Positions 37,958-48,911 of a stretch of DNA of 64,000 bases are shown in pieces. A program made the translations under genes and the position numbers. Numbering within the stretch: position 1 is the stretch's first letter; every line of letters starts with the position of its first letter. The DNA is from Azolla caroliniana (lineage: Eukaryota > Plantae > Polypodiophyta). Below the pieces are notes generated by a model. It saw nothing but the letters and a program-made list of their open reading frames with translations. It ran no database searches and was not told where the DNA came from. Location: assembly GCA_043228905.1 (NCBI GenBank), contig JBHGNT010000016.1:4588001-4652000 (forward strand). Reading direction: 5' to 3'.

Positions 37958-40900
37958 ATGTCTAGCCAAATGGAAGGGGAAGAAGGGTGTTTAGAATTAC
38001 CCCTCAATGATCATAAGGATAGGGATGATGTTATCAGGACACAACAAGCCATACGAAACTATTGGGCAGAAAAGAAAAGGAAACATCGTCAATTGTTGAA
38101 GGATACGAAAGCCACACTCAGTAAAGGTAAGGATAGTTTAGCTGAGAATGTAAGTAATGCGACTACCATCATAGAGAGAAAGGTTGTAGACTATTTCAAT
38201 GTTCAAACCAAGCACATCAGCAATGAAGAAAAGAAGGTAGTACTTTATGGAATATGTAATGATCCATCGATAAAGGACTTAGTTGATTGTGATGGTCTTA
38301 ATGCAAACATATCATCTATTTTAGTAAATAATCTTCGTAATAGTTTCGTATCCATGAGCAGGTCAGAAGATGATCTTGTCTTAAAAAGGTCTAGTCTAAT
38401 GATGTTACTTAATAGTGATGTTGACGATATAAACATCAGTGAGCTATCTAAGGTAATTGGTGTTAGTAGAAAAACAGTGTACAATACAATGAACCGTATA
38501 ATTTCCTCGGGTGAAGGAACTAGTCTACTAAAGCTAACTACAAGATGTAAGCCAATGACACCCATAACATTTGAAATCAAGGATGTAATCACAATGTTTT
38601 GGACTAATGAGAGTAGGGTTTCACCCAATAAAAAGGATTTATGCAGGAAACGTGTTGGAAGAAATCAATACGAGGAGCATCCCATTCATCTTCTTGATGT
38701 ACCTCAGGTATTTACATTTATCTCAACATTTGTTTTGACTCTACTCGGAAAGTTAATTAGCTCAGTTAGCAGAAAAGCTAATTAGCTTATCAGTTACATT
38801 TACCTCAGTTAGCTACTAGGATCGCTACTACATAGGTAACTAGCTACTCTCAATAGTTACTACCATGATAGCTAATTAGCTATTCTCAATAGCTAATTTA
38901 GGTACTACCAAATAATTAGCTGTACTGCTAGCTAGTTAGCTATCATGGTAGCTAGTTAGCTATTTCGTTATTACCAGCTAATTAGCTACTAGGAAAGCTA
39001 ATTAGCTACCATGATAGCTAATTAGCTACTATGATAGCTACTACATAGGTAACTGGCTACTCTCAATAGCTACTACCATGATAGCTAATTAGTTAGGATA
39101 GCTAATTAGCCACCATTATAGCTAATTAGCTACTAGACCAGCTAATTAGCTACCATGATAGCTAATTAGTTACTAGGACAGCTAATTAGCCACCATGATA
39201 GCTAATTAGTTAGGATAGCTAATTAGCCACCATTATAGCTAATTAGCTACTAGACCAGCTAATTAGCTACCATGATAGCTAATTAGTTACTAGGACAGCT
39301 AATTAGCCACCATGATAGCTAATTAGCTACCATGATAGCTAATTAGCTACTAGACCAGCTAATTAGCTACCATGATAGCTAATTAGTTACTAGGAAAGCT
39401 AATCAGCCACCATTATAGCTAATTAGCTACTAGACCAGCTAATTAGCTACCATGATAGCTAATTAGCTACTAGACCAGCTAATTAGCTACCATGATAGCT
39501 AATTAGTTACTAGGAAAGCTAATTAGCCACCATGATAGCTAATTAGCTACTAGACAAGCTAATTAGCTACCATGATAGCTAATTAGTTACTAGGAAAGCT
39601 AATTAGCCACCATGATAGCTAATTAGCTACTAGAGCAGCTAATTAGCTACCATGATAGCTAATTAGCTACTAGGACAACTAATTAGCTACTAGGACAGCT
39701 AATTAGCTACCATGATAGCTAATTAGCTACTACGACAGCTAATTAGCTACCATGATAGCTAATTAGCTACTAGAATAGCTAATTAGCTACTACGACAGCT
39801 AATTAGCTACCACGACAGCTAATTAGCTACCATGATAGCTAATTAGCTACTAGAATAGCTAATTAGCTACTACGACAGCTAATTAGCTACCATGATAGCT
39901 AATTAGCTACTAGAATAGCTAATTAGCTACCATGATAGCTAATTAGCTACTACGACAGCTAATTAACTACCATGATAGCTAATTAGCTACTAGGACAACT
40001 AATTAGCTACTAGGACAGCTAATTAGCTACCATGATAGCTAATTAGCTACTAGGATAGTTAGCTAGTTACGAGAATAACTAATTCCCCTTTATTACGCAG
40101 GTCGATTTATTTATTAGGTTCAAACGAATGCATCCAACTATCAAAGTTCAACTACGAACATTCGAGTCTCTTAAGCCACACTTTGTGAGACGCTTAAAGG
40201 ATCGATACACATGTTGTTGCATTTACCATGTACAGATGGGTTTTCTGAAGGACTCTGTTAATCTACTACGTCACCATAGCGCATCCCTAACTAATACAGT
40301 TTGCACATGTGGGTGCCCAATCTGTCGATCAAGCCCGCAAGAGGAGTGTAAATCATCTGAGCACGTTATCTCTTCCATCAGTTATTTATTAGATTCAATA
40401 TTGTGTCCGAGAGAAACTGACGCTATCTTCCATATTCATAAATGTGTCATGGGTTTATGTCAAGATTGTGGCCCTACTAGATTTAGGTGGTGTCCAAATG
40501 AATTGAGTAGTGAAATATTGATCTTTGTGAAGTTATTTGAGTCAGTGAACACCAATTTCGAAGGAAAGGTGTGTAAAAGAAAGGATCTAGTTCGGAAGAT
40601 GCTTAAACCAAGGGATTTGGTGTCTTTGTTTGTAGTATCTCTAGGAAAGTTCATTAAACACAACTTCATTTATTCATGGCAGGCCCATCAGTTTAAGACT
40701 TGCATATCTGATTTCCCAAATGATGTAGTAGTCTCAGTAGTAGATTTCGCAGAGAATTATACTTTCAAGCAGCAGAATGAAATTCAATCTATGCATTGGT
40801 GTTCAATTCAGGTAACCATTTTTGTGCACATAACATATTTTCGAGTTTCAGGTGATGTTAAAAAAGTAATTCATTTCTTTATTTCCGATGATAAGAAGCA

Positions 40901-41942
40901 TGATACCTTGTTCGTCCAACACTGTTTTAAGTTACATTGGCAGTGGTTATTAGCTCAACGTTTGGAGCTTACTCAACATTGGGTCTGGTCTGACAGAGCT
41001 GCGTCACAATTCAAGGCTCGACGTCCATTTTATTTTGTGGGGAGGTATCCTGCTATAACAGGTTTGGAGATGAGATGGAATTTTTTTGGGTCTGGCCATG
41101 GTAAAGGTGAACATGATGGTGCAGGGGCTGTTATAAAGCGGGCACTTACCCATGAACAACTAAAGACAGATGGTGTGCACATGAATTGTGCATCACATGT
41201 AGTTGAATTTTTAAGAACAAATATGTCAACGAGTGCCACAGGTGTTTATTCCTCGCAAGTTCGAGATATCAAACGTGAATTTTGGGAAGTGAAGATAGAT
41301 GAAGTAAATAGGGAGAAGACCTGGGAGTGCCAAGGAATTCCCGAATTGCGATCTCTGCATGCTGTTCGCGGTTATTCCAGGTTGGATGGTCATTGTATTG
41401 CGGTTAGAGAATTGACTTGTTTTTGCTTCCATTGTGTGCAGGGAAATTGGAGATATTGTCTAAACAAAGCATACATTCAGAATTGGGAGTATCACACTCT
41501 GAATGATAAGGAAGCAGTTGATGGAGAAACAGGGCAGAATGCTGACTTCACATATGAGGGACTTGGAGATACTTTGAGTGATGTCCTGAACGTTGGGGAT
41601 AACTTCGCTGTAAATGCTGAAGAAGGCAATTCAGAGGGTGCTGATTTCTATATATTAAAGTGCACGGTTAGTAAACAGTGTGCAAGGCAGAATATTGTAG
41701 ATGCATGGGGAAATTTTGTATCTGCCGGGACATTCTACATCGAAGGCATTTTTTATGCAAAACTAGATGACTACGAATATGTGTACAGGTTGTTAGAAGA
41801 CAAACCAGCGGCGTATATGTACTCTCATTTGGTCAAATGCATCAACGTCCCAATGTCAGAATACAATAGCTGCTCCGGTTTATACACTGTTGGTGCTAAT
41901 GTGTATGAATGTATTTACAATAGTATGCCATGGAATTTGTAG
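37958..41942 (+). CDS. Sola2-like DDD transposase; exons 37958-38707 and 40101-41942 (863 aa)
   Basis: Donor CAG|GTATTT and acceptor ACGCAG|GTC are both phase 0 and join the two ORFs in frame. Exon 1 has an HTH-like segment (ISELSKVIGVSRKTVYN). Exon 2 has a Cys-rich region and the motifs VDFAENY, ISDDKKHD, WSDRAASQFK and GHGKGEHDGAG. No internal stops. Confidence 0.88.
38750..40080. repeat. Intronic satellite of the palindrome TAGCTAATTAGCTA, 20-bp period, roughly 60 units
   Basis: AGCTAATTAGCTA plus variable 7-nt linkers (CCATGAT, CTAGACC, CTAGGAC, CTAGGAA, CTACGAC, CTAGAAT). Unit count estimated from length. Confidence 0.97.
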
Positions 41943-42168
41943 CTACAAGTAGCACTTACCATGTTCTCTTGTAAAACAAACATGTATTTCGCGAAAACAG
42001 TTAAATAAATTCGTTTGGAATCAATTTCTTGTATACAGTTGTCAGGAACTCTATTAAGGCAGAGAAGGAATTAGTACTAAAAGAAGGATTAGTACTATTT
42101 TCGGGGAATAGTACTAAGACAGAGAAGGATTAGTACTATGAGAGGTGTCGAACTTTGAGAGAAGGAAT

Positions 42169-42214
<46 letters not shown>

Positions 42215-42496
42215 TGATGCGAAAGATATATATATTATATGAAGGAAGATATACAACAGTAGTTAGAAGGCTTAAGACTGGCGTTGAACCGATTTGGTTC
42301 GAACTAATGCCTTGCGCCTCCTTTTATAGTGTCTTCAGGAATACTCCTGAAGTTTCTAGAATGTTCCAGAGAAATCTGGAATATACATCAATTTCCCAAT
42401 AAAACCTAAATGAAAATAATATCCTTCAAATTACAATTCATAACCTAATGGTAAAGTCTCGACCCGTGTAACAAAAGGTTATGGGTTCGAGTCTAG

Positions 42497-43915
42497 TTAT
42501 GACACTATCCCCCCTTTAAAACGACGAGTTCCACGAGTCGTTTTGGATTGAGGACCCGGTTTCTCGGGATATCGTCGATGGAAGTCTTCTAGAAGAGCAC
42601 GAGCATTGGTCACATTCTCGATCGGTTCCCAAGTACGCTCGCTGGGACTATATCCTAGCCAATCGACTAGATAGTAGAGCTTGTTGCGAACAATCTTGGA
42701 ATCGAGGATGGCAGCGACCTCATACTCAGGTCCATCTTCGAGCTCGATAGGAGGTGGTGGTTGTATAGTACGTCCTGGGATAGTGCTCTCGTGATAGGGT
42801 TCGAGGAGAGAACTATGAAACACCGGATGTATCCGAAGCTGCGGAGGTAGCTCGAGACGAAAAGCGACATCATTAATCTTCCCGATAATACGGAAAGGAC
42901 CTAATCGCCGATAATCCAACTTCTCACATGGGCGAGTAGTCTTGATGTGTCGTCGTAGCAGCCACACCCGATCTCCAATGTTAAAACTGGATGGAAGTCG
43001 ATGACGATCTGCGTAGTCCTTGTGTGATTGTTGAGCTTGCTGGAGTTGAGTAGATAAATCCGCTTGTATCTTGCGTAACCGCTCCAAACGATCCTCCGCG
43101 CAAGGATTTGTGGACACTTCTGGGGTTTCAAGGACACACCACCGGGGATGATATCCCGTATAAGCGTAGAATGGCGTGACTTTAGTCGATGCGTGGATAG
43201 CGTTATTATAGGCAAATTCGGCGAACTGAAGAATATCTGCCCAGTCATTCTGATGATAGTTGAGAAAGCACCGCAGATACTGCTCCAGTGTTTGATTTGT
43301 TCGTTCGGCTTGACCGTCGGTTTGTGGGTGGTAGCCGGAGGAGAGGTTACAAGTGACCTTCAGCATTTTAAAAAGGTGCTTCCAGAATTTTGACACAAAC
43401 TGGGGTCCACGATCGCTGATGATATTATCAGGGAGTCCATGATGCCGACATACTTCCCGCATGACAATTTCGGCGGTGTCTTCACTAGATATTTCTTTAG
43501 TACATGGTAAGAAATGAGCCATCTTCGTATATCGATCCACCACTGTGAGAATCGCATTGAATCCCTTAGAGACTGGAAGATCTGTAATGAAGTCAAGAGC
43601 AATGGATTGCCATGGCTTGCTTGGAATTGGTAATGGTTCTAATAAACCATATGGATGATGTCTTGGCATTTTCGCTCTGCAGCATGTATCGCAAGTCCGA
43701 ACAAAATCTTCGACAAATTGTCGCATACGGGGCCACCAGAATGATCGTTGTATTAAATCTAATGTTTTAGTACTACCAAAATGTCCTGCTGTATATATGT
43801 CATGGCAGTTTTGTACTACTCGAAGGCGGCAAGAACCATTAGGAACATACAAAAGTTCTTTAAAGAAGAGTAATCCATCACAGTATTTGAATTGCCGATA
43901 ATCCGTACCTGGTGA
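42497..43915 (-). CDS. Integrase + chromodomain of element G, out of frame with the upstream pol
   Basis: HHCC zinc finger, DFIT/SDRGPQF/QAER catalytic core, GPF motif and chromodomain YEVAAILDSK..YLVDWLGY..TWEP. Confidence 0.92.
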   Translation of the reverse strand, partial: SPGTDYRQFKYCDGLLFFKELLYVPNGSCRLRVVQNCHDIYTAGHFGSTKTLDLIQRSFWWPRMRQFVEDFVRTCDTCCRAKMPRHHPYGLLEPLPIPSKPWQSIALDFITDLPVSKGFNAILTVVDRYTKMAHFLPCTKEISSEDTAEIVMREVCRHHGLPDNIISDRGPQFVSKFWKHLFKMLKVTCNLSSGYHPQTDGQAERTNQTLEQYLRCFLNYHQNDWADILQFAEFAYNNAIHASTKVTPFYAYTGYHPRWCVLETPEVSTNPCAEDRLERLRKIQADLSTQLQQAQQSHKDYADRHRLPSSFNIGDRVWLLRRHIKTTRPCEKLDYRRLGPFRIIGKINDVAFRLELPPQLRIHPVFHSSLLEPYHESTIPGRTIQPPPPIELEDGPEYEVAAILDSKIVRNKLYYLVDWLGYSPSERTWEPIENVTNARALLEDFHRRYPEKPGPQSKTTRGTRRFKGGIVS

Positions 43916-45671
43916 TTGTGATTGCTAATAGCTCTTTATCATGAATTTCGTAGTTGATTTCGGCGGCGTCAAACTTACGGGAGTGGAAAGCCACAGGATG
44001 TAGCTTCTCGTCGTTACCCTGTTGTGACAGAATGCTCCCCAATGCGAAATCCGATGCGTCAGCTTCAATAATGAATGGTTTTTCCGGATCCACATGACCT
44101 AAAATTGGAGCTGATGTAAACGCCTTCTTAAGACTCTCGAAAGCCATGTCCGTCTCTTTAGACCAAATGAATGATTGTCCCTTCCTGGTGAGCTGTGTGA
44201 GAGGCAGCACAATTTTTGAGTAATTTTGTATGAACTTCCGGTAAAAATTTGCAAAGCCTAGGAAGCATTGCACATCCCGCACCGAACGCGGAGTGTGCCA
44301 TTCTATCACCGTTTTGACCTTGGCTGGGTCCATAGATATGCCTTCTGAGGAGATGACATAGCCGAGAAACTCCACTTGGTTGCACCCGAAACTACATTTC
44401 TCTAACTTTGCATACAGACCATGTTCTCGAAGTCGTTTTAGTACTAATAGTACATGAGAATCATGTTCTTCTTGGGTCTTTGAATAAACCAGTAGATCAT
44501 CCAAATAGATGATCAAAAAATCATCCAAGAGATCTCGAAATATATCATTCGCCATGTGCTGGAAGACTGCCGGCGCATTAGTGAGTCCGAACGGCATGAC
44601 CGTATACTCGAAGTGCCCATATCTGGTGCGAAACGCGGTCTTCCATTCATCTCCTGGTCGGATCCGTACGAGGTTATAGGCTCCTCGTAAGTCGATCTTC
44701 GTGAAGAACCTGGCACCGTTGATCCGTTCTAAAAGACTTGAGATAAGGGGAAGAGCATACCTATTTCTTACTGTGACCTTATTCAAACCACGGTAATCTA
44801 CAACGAGTCGAAGCGAGCCATCTTTTTTCTTGACGAAGAAAATGGGTGCGCCGGCTGGAGATTTCGAATGCCGAATGAAACCGTTCTCCAAATTCTCCTC
44901 TATATAGGCTCGAAGGACTTCTAGCTCGGTTGGTGACAAATTGTAGATCGGCCCCCATGGCGGCTCTTTTCCCGGTTGTAAGTCGATGGCGCAATCGTAC
45001 GGCCGATGATGAGGAAGTGTGTTGGCTTGTACTTTATCGAACACATCAACATACTGACGATACTTCTCGGGAAGTTGAACGGTGGACTCCTCTTTGGTGG
45101 TGCTGGAGGGTTGTACTGATATTGCGAAGAGAAACATTTCCTCCTTGCGCCCTTCCTCACGCAATTGACGTAGCGAAATGGTTGCAACCTTCTGGGTAGA
45201 TCCTTGGGTTTGTCGCAACCGGATTTCCCTTGTCCTCCAATCTATGTCTGGGTTATGTAACTCGAACCATGGTAATCCTAAAACTATGGGATGTTCTGGA
45301 ATACTAATAATATTAAATGATACTACACATGTTAAGTTATCTAGGACAATATTAACGGGTTCCGACTCTTCTATGATATTACCAGAAGCAATGGGACGAC
45401 CATCAATGACTACTACTGAGGCTGGACATGGGAGCTTTCTGAGAGATATCTGATGAGCTCGGGCAAAATTCCTATCCATGAAGCAAGAATTAGCTCCGGA
45501 ATCTAGAAGGGCTAAGGTATGTACTGGAGGGGTACTTTTAGTACTAACTGCTACTTGGGCTACGAACACATCACTAATTTGCTTAGAGGGAATGGAACCA
45601 CTAATGGGCTGCACAGATCTAGGGCTGTCCAACCAAACGGCTCCTATTTTGGCTGGACTTAGTCGTTTAAC
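43878..45671 (-). CDS. pol: Pol (PR-RT-truncated RNase H) of element G, in the -1 frame relative to gag
   Basis: Motifs LLDSGA, VVDYRGLN, YLDD, EADASD and DKELLAI, followed by an abrupt frameshift and stop. Confidence 0.9.
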   Translation of the reverse strand, partial: VKRLSPAKIGAVWLDSPRSVQPISGSIPSKQISDVFVAQVAVSTKSTPPVHTLALLDSGANSCFMDRNFARAHQISLRKLPCPASVVVIDGRPIASGNIIEESEPVNIVLDNLTCVVSFNIISIPEHPIVLGLPWFELHNPDIDWRTREIRLRQTQGSTQKVATISLRQLREEGRKEEMFLFAISVQPSSTTKEESTVQLPEKYRQYVDVFDKVQANTLPHHRPYDCAIDLQPGKEPPWGPIYNLSPTELEVLRAYIEENLENGFIRHSKSPAGAPIFFVKKKDGSLRLVVDYRGLNKVTVRNRYALPLISSLLERINGARFFTKIDLRGAYNLVRIRPGDEWKTAFRTRYGHFEYTVMPFGLTNAPAVFQHMANDIFRDLLDDFLIIYLDDLLVYSKTQEEHDSHVLLVLKRLREHGLYAKLEKCSFGCNQVEFLGYVISSEGISMDPAKVKTVIEWHTPRSVRDVQCFLGFANFYRKFIQNYSKIVLPLTQLTRKGQSFIWSKETDMAFESLKKAFTSAPILGHVDPEKPFIIEADASDFALGSILSQQGNDEKLHPVAFHSRKFDAAEINYEIHDKELLAITITRYGLSAIQIL

Positions 45672-46828
45672 TCTTCTTCTAATTGGCTAAGGACATCAAA
45701 TTTGTTTGCGAGATTCGGACTATTAGTACTATTAGGACTATTATGACTATGAGGACTATCAGAGATTCCTACTGAAATAGACTCGGGTTTAGTATAGTCA
45801 GAACTAACAACGACTTGGTTTACCTGCCTTCTTGGTCTATGGGGACAGTTTATCGCGATATGCCCTGGTCCACCGCAATAAAGGCATAATCGGTTTGTTC
45901 GGCGTCGTTGCTTTTCCTCCTCCGATAGCGGCCCACGACGACGTGTAGTGTCAATTTCCATTGGAGTTGGAGTACTTACTGGAGGCGCATTATGTGACTC
46001 CCTTTGAAAAGGTTTCGCTACCACTGAGGCATAGGTAGGCTCGGATCTTGCCCTCGGCATCTGAAATTGTCGTTCCGAACGTCGCTCGAAGAGGCGGTTG
46101 TCACATCTGACCGCTCGACTGATTGCTTCTGTTAATGATTTTGGCTCTTCAGGGAAAGTCAAGAGTAAATCCTTGACATCGTTGCGTAGACCATAGCGGA
46201 ACTGCTCCATCAATGCTTGATCATCCCAGGGGATATCGGCGGCGAGTAGGCGGAAATCTGCAGCATATGCGGAGGCTGGACAGTCACCTTGGCGTAATCG
46301 CCGGATTTTGTTGATTGCAGTCCTTATGCTGTCAGTATCTCCAAAACATGCTTTAAACTCACTTATGAATTCTTCAAAATTATTTAGTACTGGAGATTCC
46401 TTTTCTAGTAGCGGAGCGAACCATGCTAATGCTGAGCCATTTAACAACGTGCCTACTAAACCCACTCGTGATGCATCGGTGGGATATCGGGACGGATGCA
46501 TTTGAATAACTAACCGTACCTGGTTAAGAAACCCTCTAAACTGCGATCGCGTTCCATCGAACTTCGTGGGAAGGCCAATCTTGGGTTCTTTATGAATCCC
46601 TTGTGCTCCGTGCCCTTGTTGTTGCATTGCTACGATGGTTGCTTCGAGTTGTTGCACGCGTAACGCAAGTTCCCCATGCTGTTGTTGCGTTTGCTGCTTT
46701 TCTAAGGAAATTTGCTGAAGATCCCCCAACAAGCGTTGATTTTCTTGTTCCAAAGCATGAAACTTCTCTTTCAAGCATTGAAATTCCGAGAAAACAGATT
46801 GATACTCTTCAGCGCTAACGGTGGCCAT
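45659..46828 (-). CDS. gag: Gag of element G
   Basis: 389 aa; N-terminal coiled coil, EPKIGLPTKFDG, PTPMEID and the zinc knuckle CLYCGGPGHIAINC. Confidence 0.95.
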   Translation of the reverse strand: MATVSAEEYQSVFSEFQCLKEKFHALEQENQRLLGDLQQISLEKQQTQQQHGELALRVQQLEATIVAMQQQGHGAQGIHKEPKIGLPTKFDGTRSQFRGFLNQVRLVIQMHPSRYPTDASRVGLVGTLLNGSALAWFAPLLEKESPVLNNFEEFISEFKACFGDTDSIRTAINKIRRLRQGDCPASAYAADFRLLAADIPWDDQALMEQFRYGLRNDVKDLLLTFPEEPKSLTEAISRAVRCDNRLFERRSERQFQMPRARSEPTYASVVAKPFQRESHNAPPVSTPTPMEIDTTRRRGPLSEEEKQRRRTNRLCLYCGGPGHIAINCPHRPRRQVNQVVVSSDYTKPESISVGISDSPHSHNSPNSTNSPNLANKFDVLSQLEEELND

Positions 46829-47057
46829 GGGATGAAGGAAAAGGGAAATAAGAGACTAATAGGAAAGGAGGGAGACAGAAGGAAGAGGGAGAGAAAAGAC
46901 CAGACAGGCACCGGAAATCGGTTCAAACTGTCAGGAACTCTATTAAGGCAGAGAAGGAATTAGTACTAAAAGAAGGATTAGTACTATTTTCGGGGAATAG
47001 TACTAAGACAGAGAAGGATTAGTACTATGAGAGGTGTCGAACTTTGAGAGAAGGAAT

Positions 47058-47101
<44 letters not shown>

Positions 47102-47646
47102 TGATGCGAAAGATATATATATTATATGAAGGAAGATATACAACAGTAGTTAGAAGGCTTAAGACTGGCGTTGAACCGATTTGGTTCGAACTAATGCCTT
47201 GCGCCTCCTTTTATAGTGTCTTCAGGAATACTCCTGAAGTTTCTAGAATGTTCCAGAGAAATCTGGAATATACATCAATTTCCCAATAAAACCTAAATGA
47301 AAATAATATCCTTCAAATTACAATTCATAACCTAATGGTAAAGTCTCGACCCGTGTAACAAAAGGTTATGGGTTCGAGTCTAGTTATGACAACAGTCTGC
47401 TTTCTGTGCTTCTTTCTCAATAAAATCATGTCTTTTTTGTTAAGTTTTAAGTTATAAGTTATAGTGAAATAGTCATCAGTAGCTAATTAGCTGTACAAAT
47501 GCAGCTAATTAGCTGTCAATAGCTAAATAGTCATCAATAGAATGAAATCAACAATCTGCAACATATTCCTCAAATTACACAGTAGATAAGTACAGTGGGA
47601 ACAAGTAATTAAATTCTTCATTGAATAATGTCATCTCTTTACATAT

Positions 47647-48662
47647 TTATAAATTACCATTGGAAATGTCTACAAATCTCCTATAAACAGCTAAGCTCTT
47701 GCTAGTCAGTGGAACGAGTCTACATATATTATCCGCATATTGAGCTCGGTATGGAGTCCACAACCATGCACCTAGTTGGCAGCTCACTGTTTGCACCAGG
47801 TACTGTTCAGGCATTTCCTCGGGTAGAATGAGACAGCATCTCCGAATATTGAAGTAGTGTCGAAAATGTTCTGTATCCAAAATCAATGTATTGTCGGCAT
47901 TATATTCAGGCCAAGTAGCCCAAAAATCAGAAAGTCTCTTGAATCTTGCAGCTTCCATTTGCTCACAATTTTCTCGTGCCCATTGACCTTTAAAACGACT
48001 TCGCCATTTTGGGAAGAATCTTGCCAAACACTTCCACACATCTGATTTTAGTTTTTCACTCCAAATAAACAAATCAAAGTATTCCACAGCCCACTCTAGA
48101 AACTGATTTGCGTCCCTCCTTGGCTGCATATATCTCACACTCATCAAGACTTTATCAAGCTCCAAGATCAAGGCTCTTCTTTCGACTTCTAGTGGTTTAG
48201 GTTTCCATTCCTGAAACTGAGCCGCTGTTACACCATTTTCTGGTAGGATACGATCAATCTCAATCAGCTCAGGTTCGGCTGACACAACTGGTGTCCTTTT
48301 CCTCTTTAAACCCCTAGTCGACTGTGTTGGGCCTAGCTTCACATTCTGGTGCTCTTGTTTTGTCGACTTAGTTATCAATCCTTGGATTACCTCAGTGCAT
48401 GTAGCTACTGTTCTGCTCGATATCAGTCCACTGGTATCACATGCTGCATCTACCTGCAACACCAAGTCATCCGTGCTACATGCTGCATCTACCTGCAACA
48501 CCAAGTCATCCGTGCTACATGCTTGATCAACTTGTGTGACCAGATCACTTGTGTCAGTTGCTACATCTACTTTCAAGATGGGGCCCTTTAAACATGCCGC
48601 AACATCAATAGTATCCACATTGCCATTGGCCTTACGAGCAATAGAATCAAACCCTTTAGACT
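47647..48662 (-). CDS. FCP1/NIF-like (HAD) phosphatase-domain ORF inside Sola2; catalytic motif degenerate; 5' exon connection unresolved
   Basis: LILELDKVL (cf. DLDxTL), R..ANQFLEWAVEYFDLFIWS and KRLSDFWATWPEYNADNTLILD match the NIF/UBLCP1-like pattern. The N-terminus has 13-aa repeats and an NLS-like LKRKR. Likely acceptor TTGCAG ending at 48663. Confidence 0.7.
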
Positions 48663-48911
48663 CTGCAACATCAGAAAACACCAACATATTCACACTCACA
48701 AAGTAACTAATAGTCTCACAAAACAATATCCTGAACATCAAAGAGTTTCAGTCATAGAACAACACTCTTCAAATTATCTTGGAAAAACATCATAGAGTTC
48801 CATTACATAATGTGGATCAAGCAACAACCAATCTGAGGTTTTACTTGTCCAACAGGATAGTAAAACTTCATAAAACCCTAGCAAAATCCCTAAGCTAACA
48901 ATCATATCCAA

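Larger units (their letters stand above)
42040..47391 (-). mobile_element. Young Tcn1-like chromovirus G; LTRs 42040-42504 and 46929-47391
   Basis: LTRs appear identical apart from one AG unit. TG...CA ends, perfect TSD ACAGT (42035-42039, 47392-47396), PPT at ~42505-42517. Confidence 0.97.

Noticed and set aside
38750-40080. CRISPR-like or information-coding spacer array
   Set aside because: The 7-nt linkers come from a small related set and recur in duplicated blocks, as expected of satellite expansion.
42430-42500. Functional tRNA gene
   Set aside because: I could not build convincing acceptor and anticodon stems; only the A/B boxes are evident.
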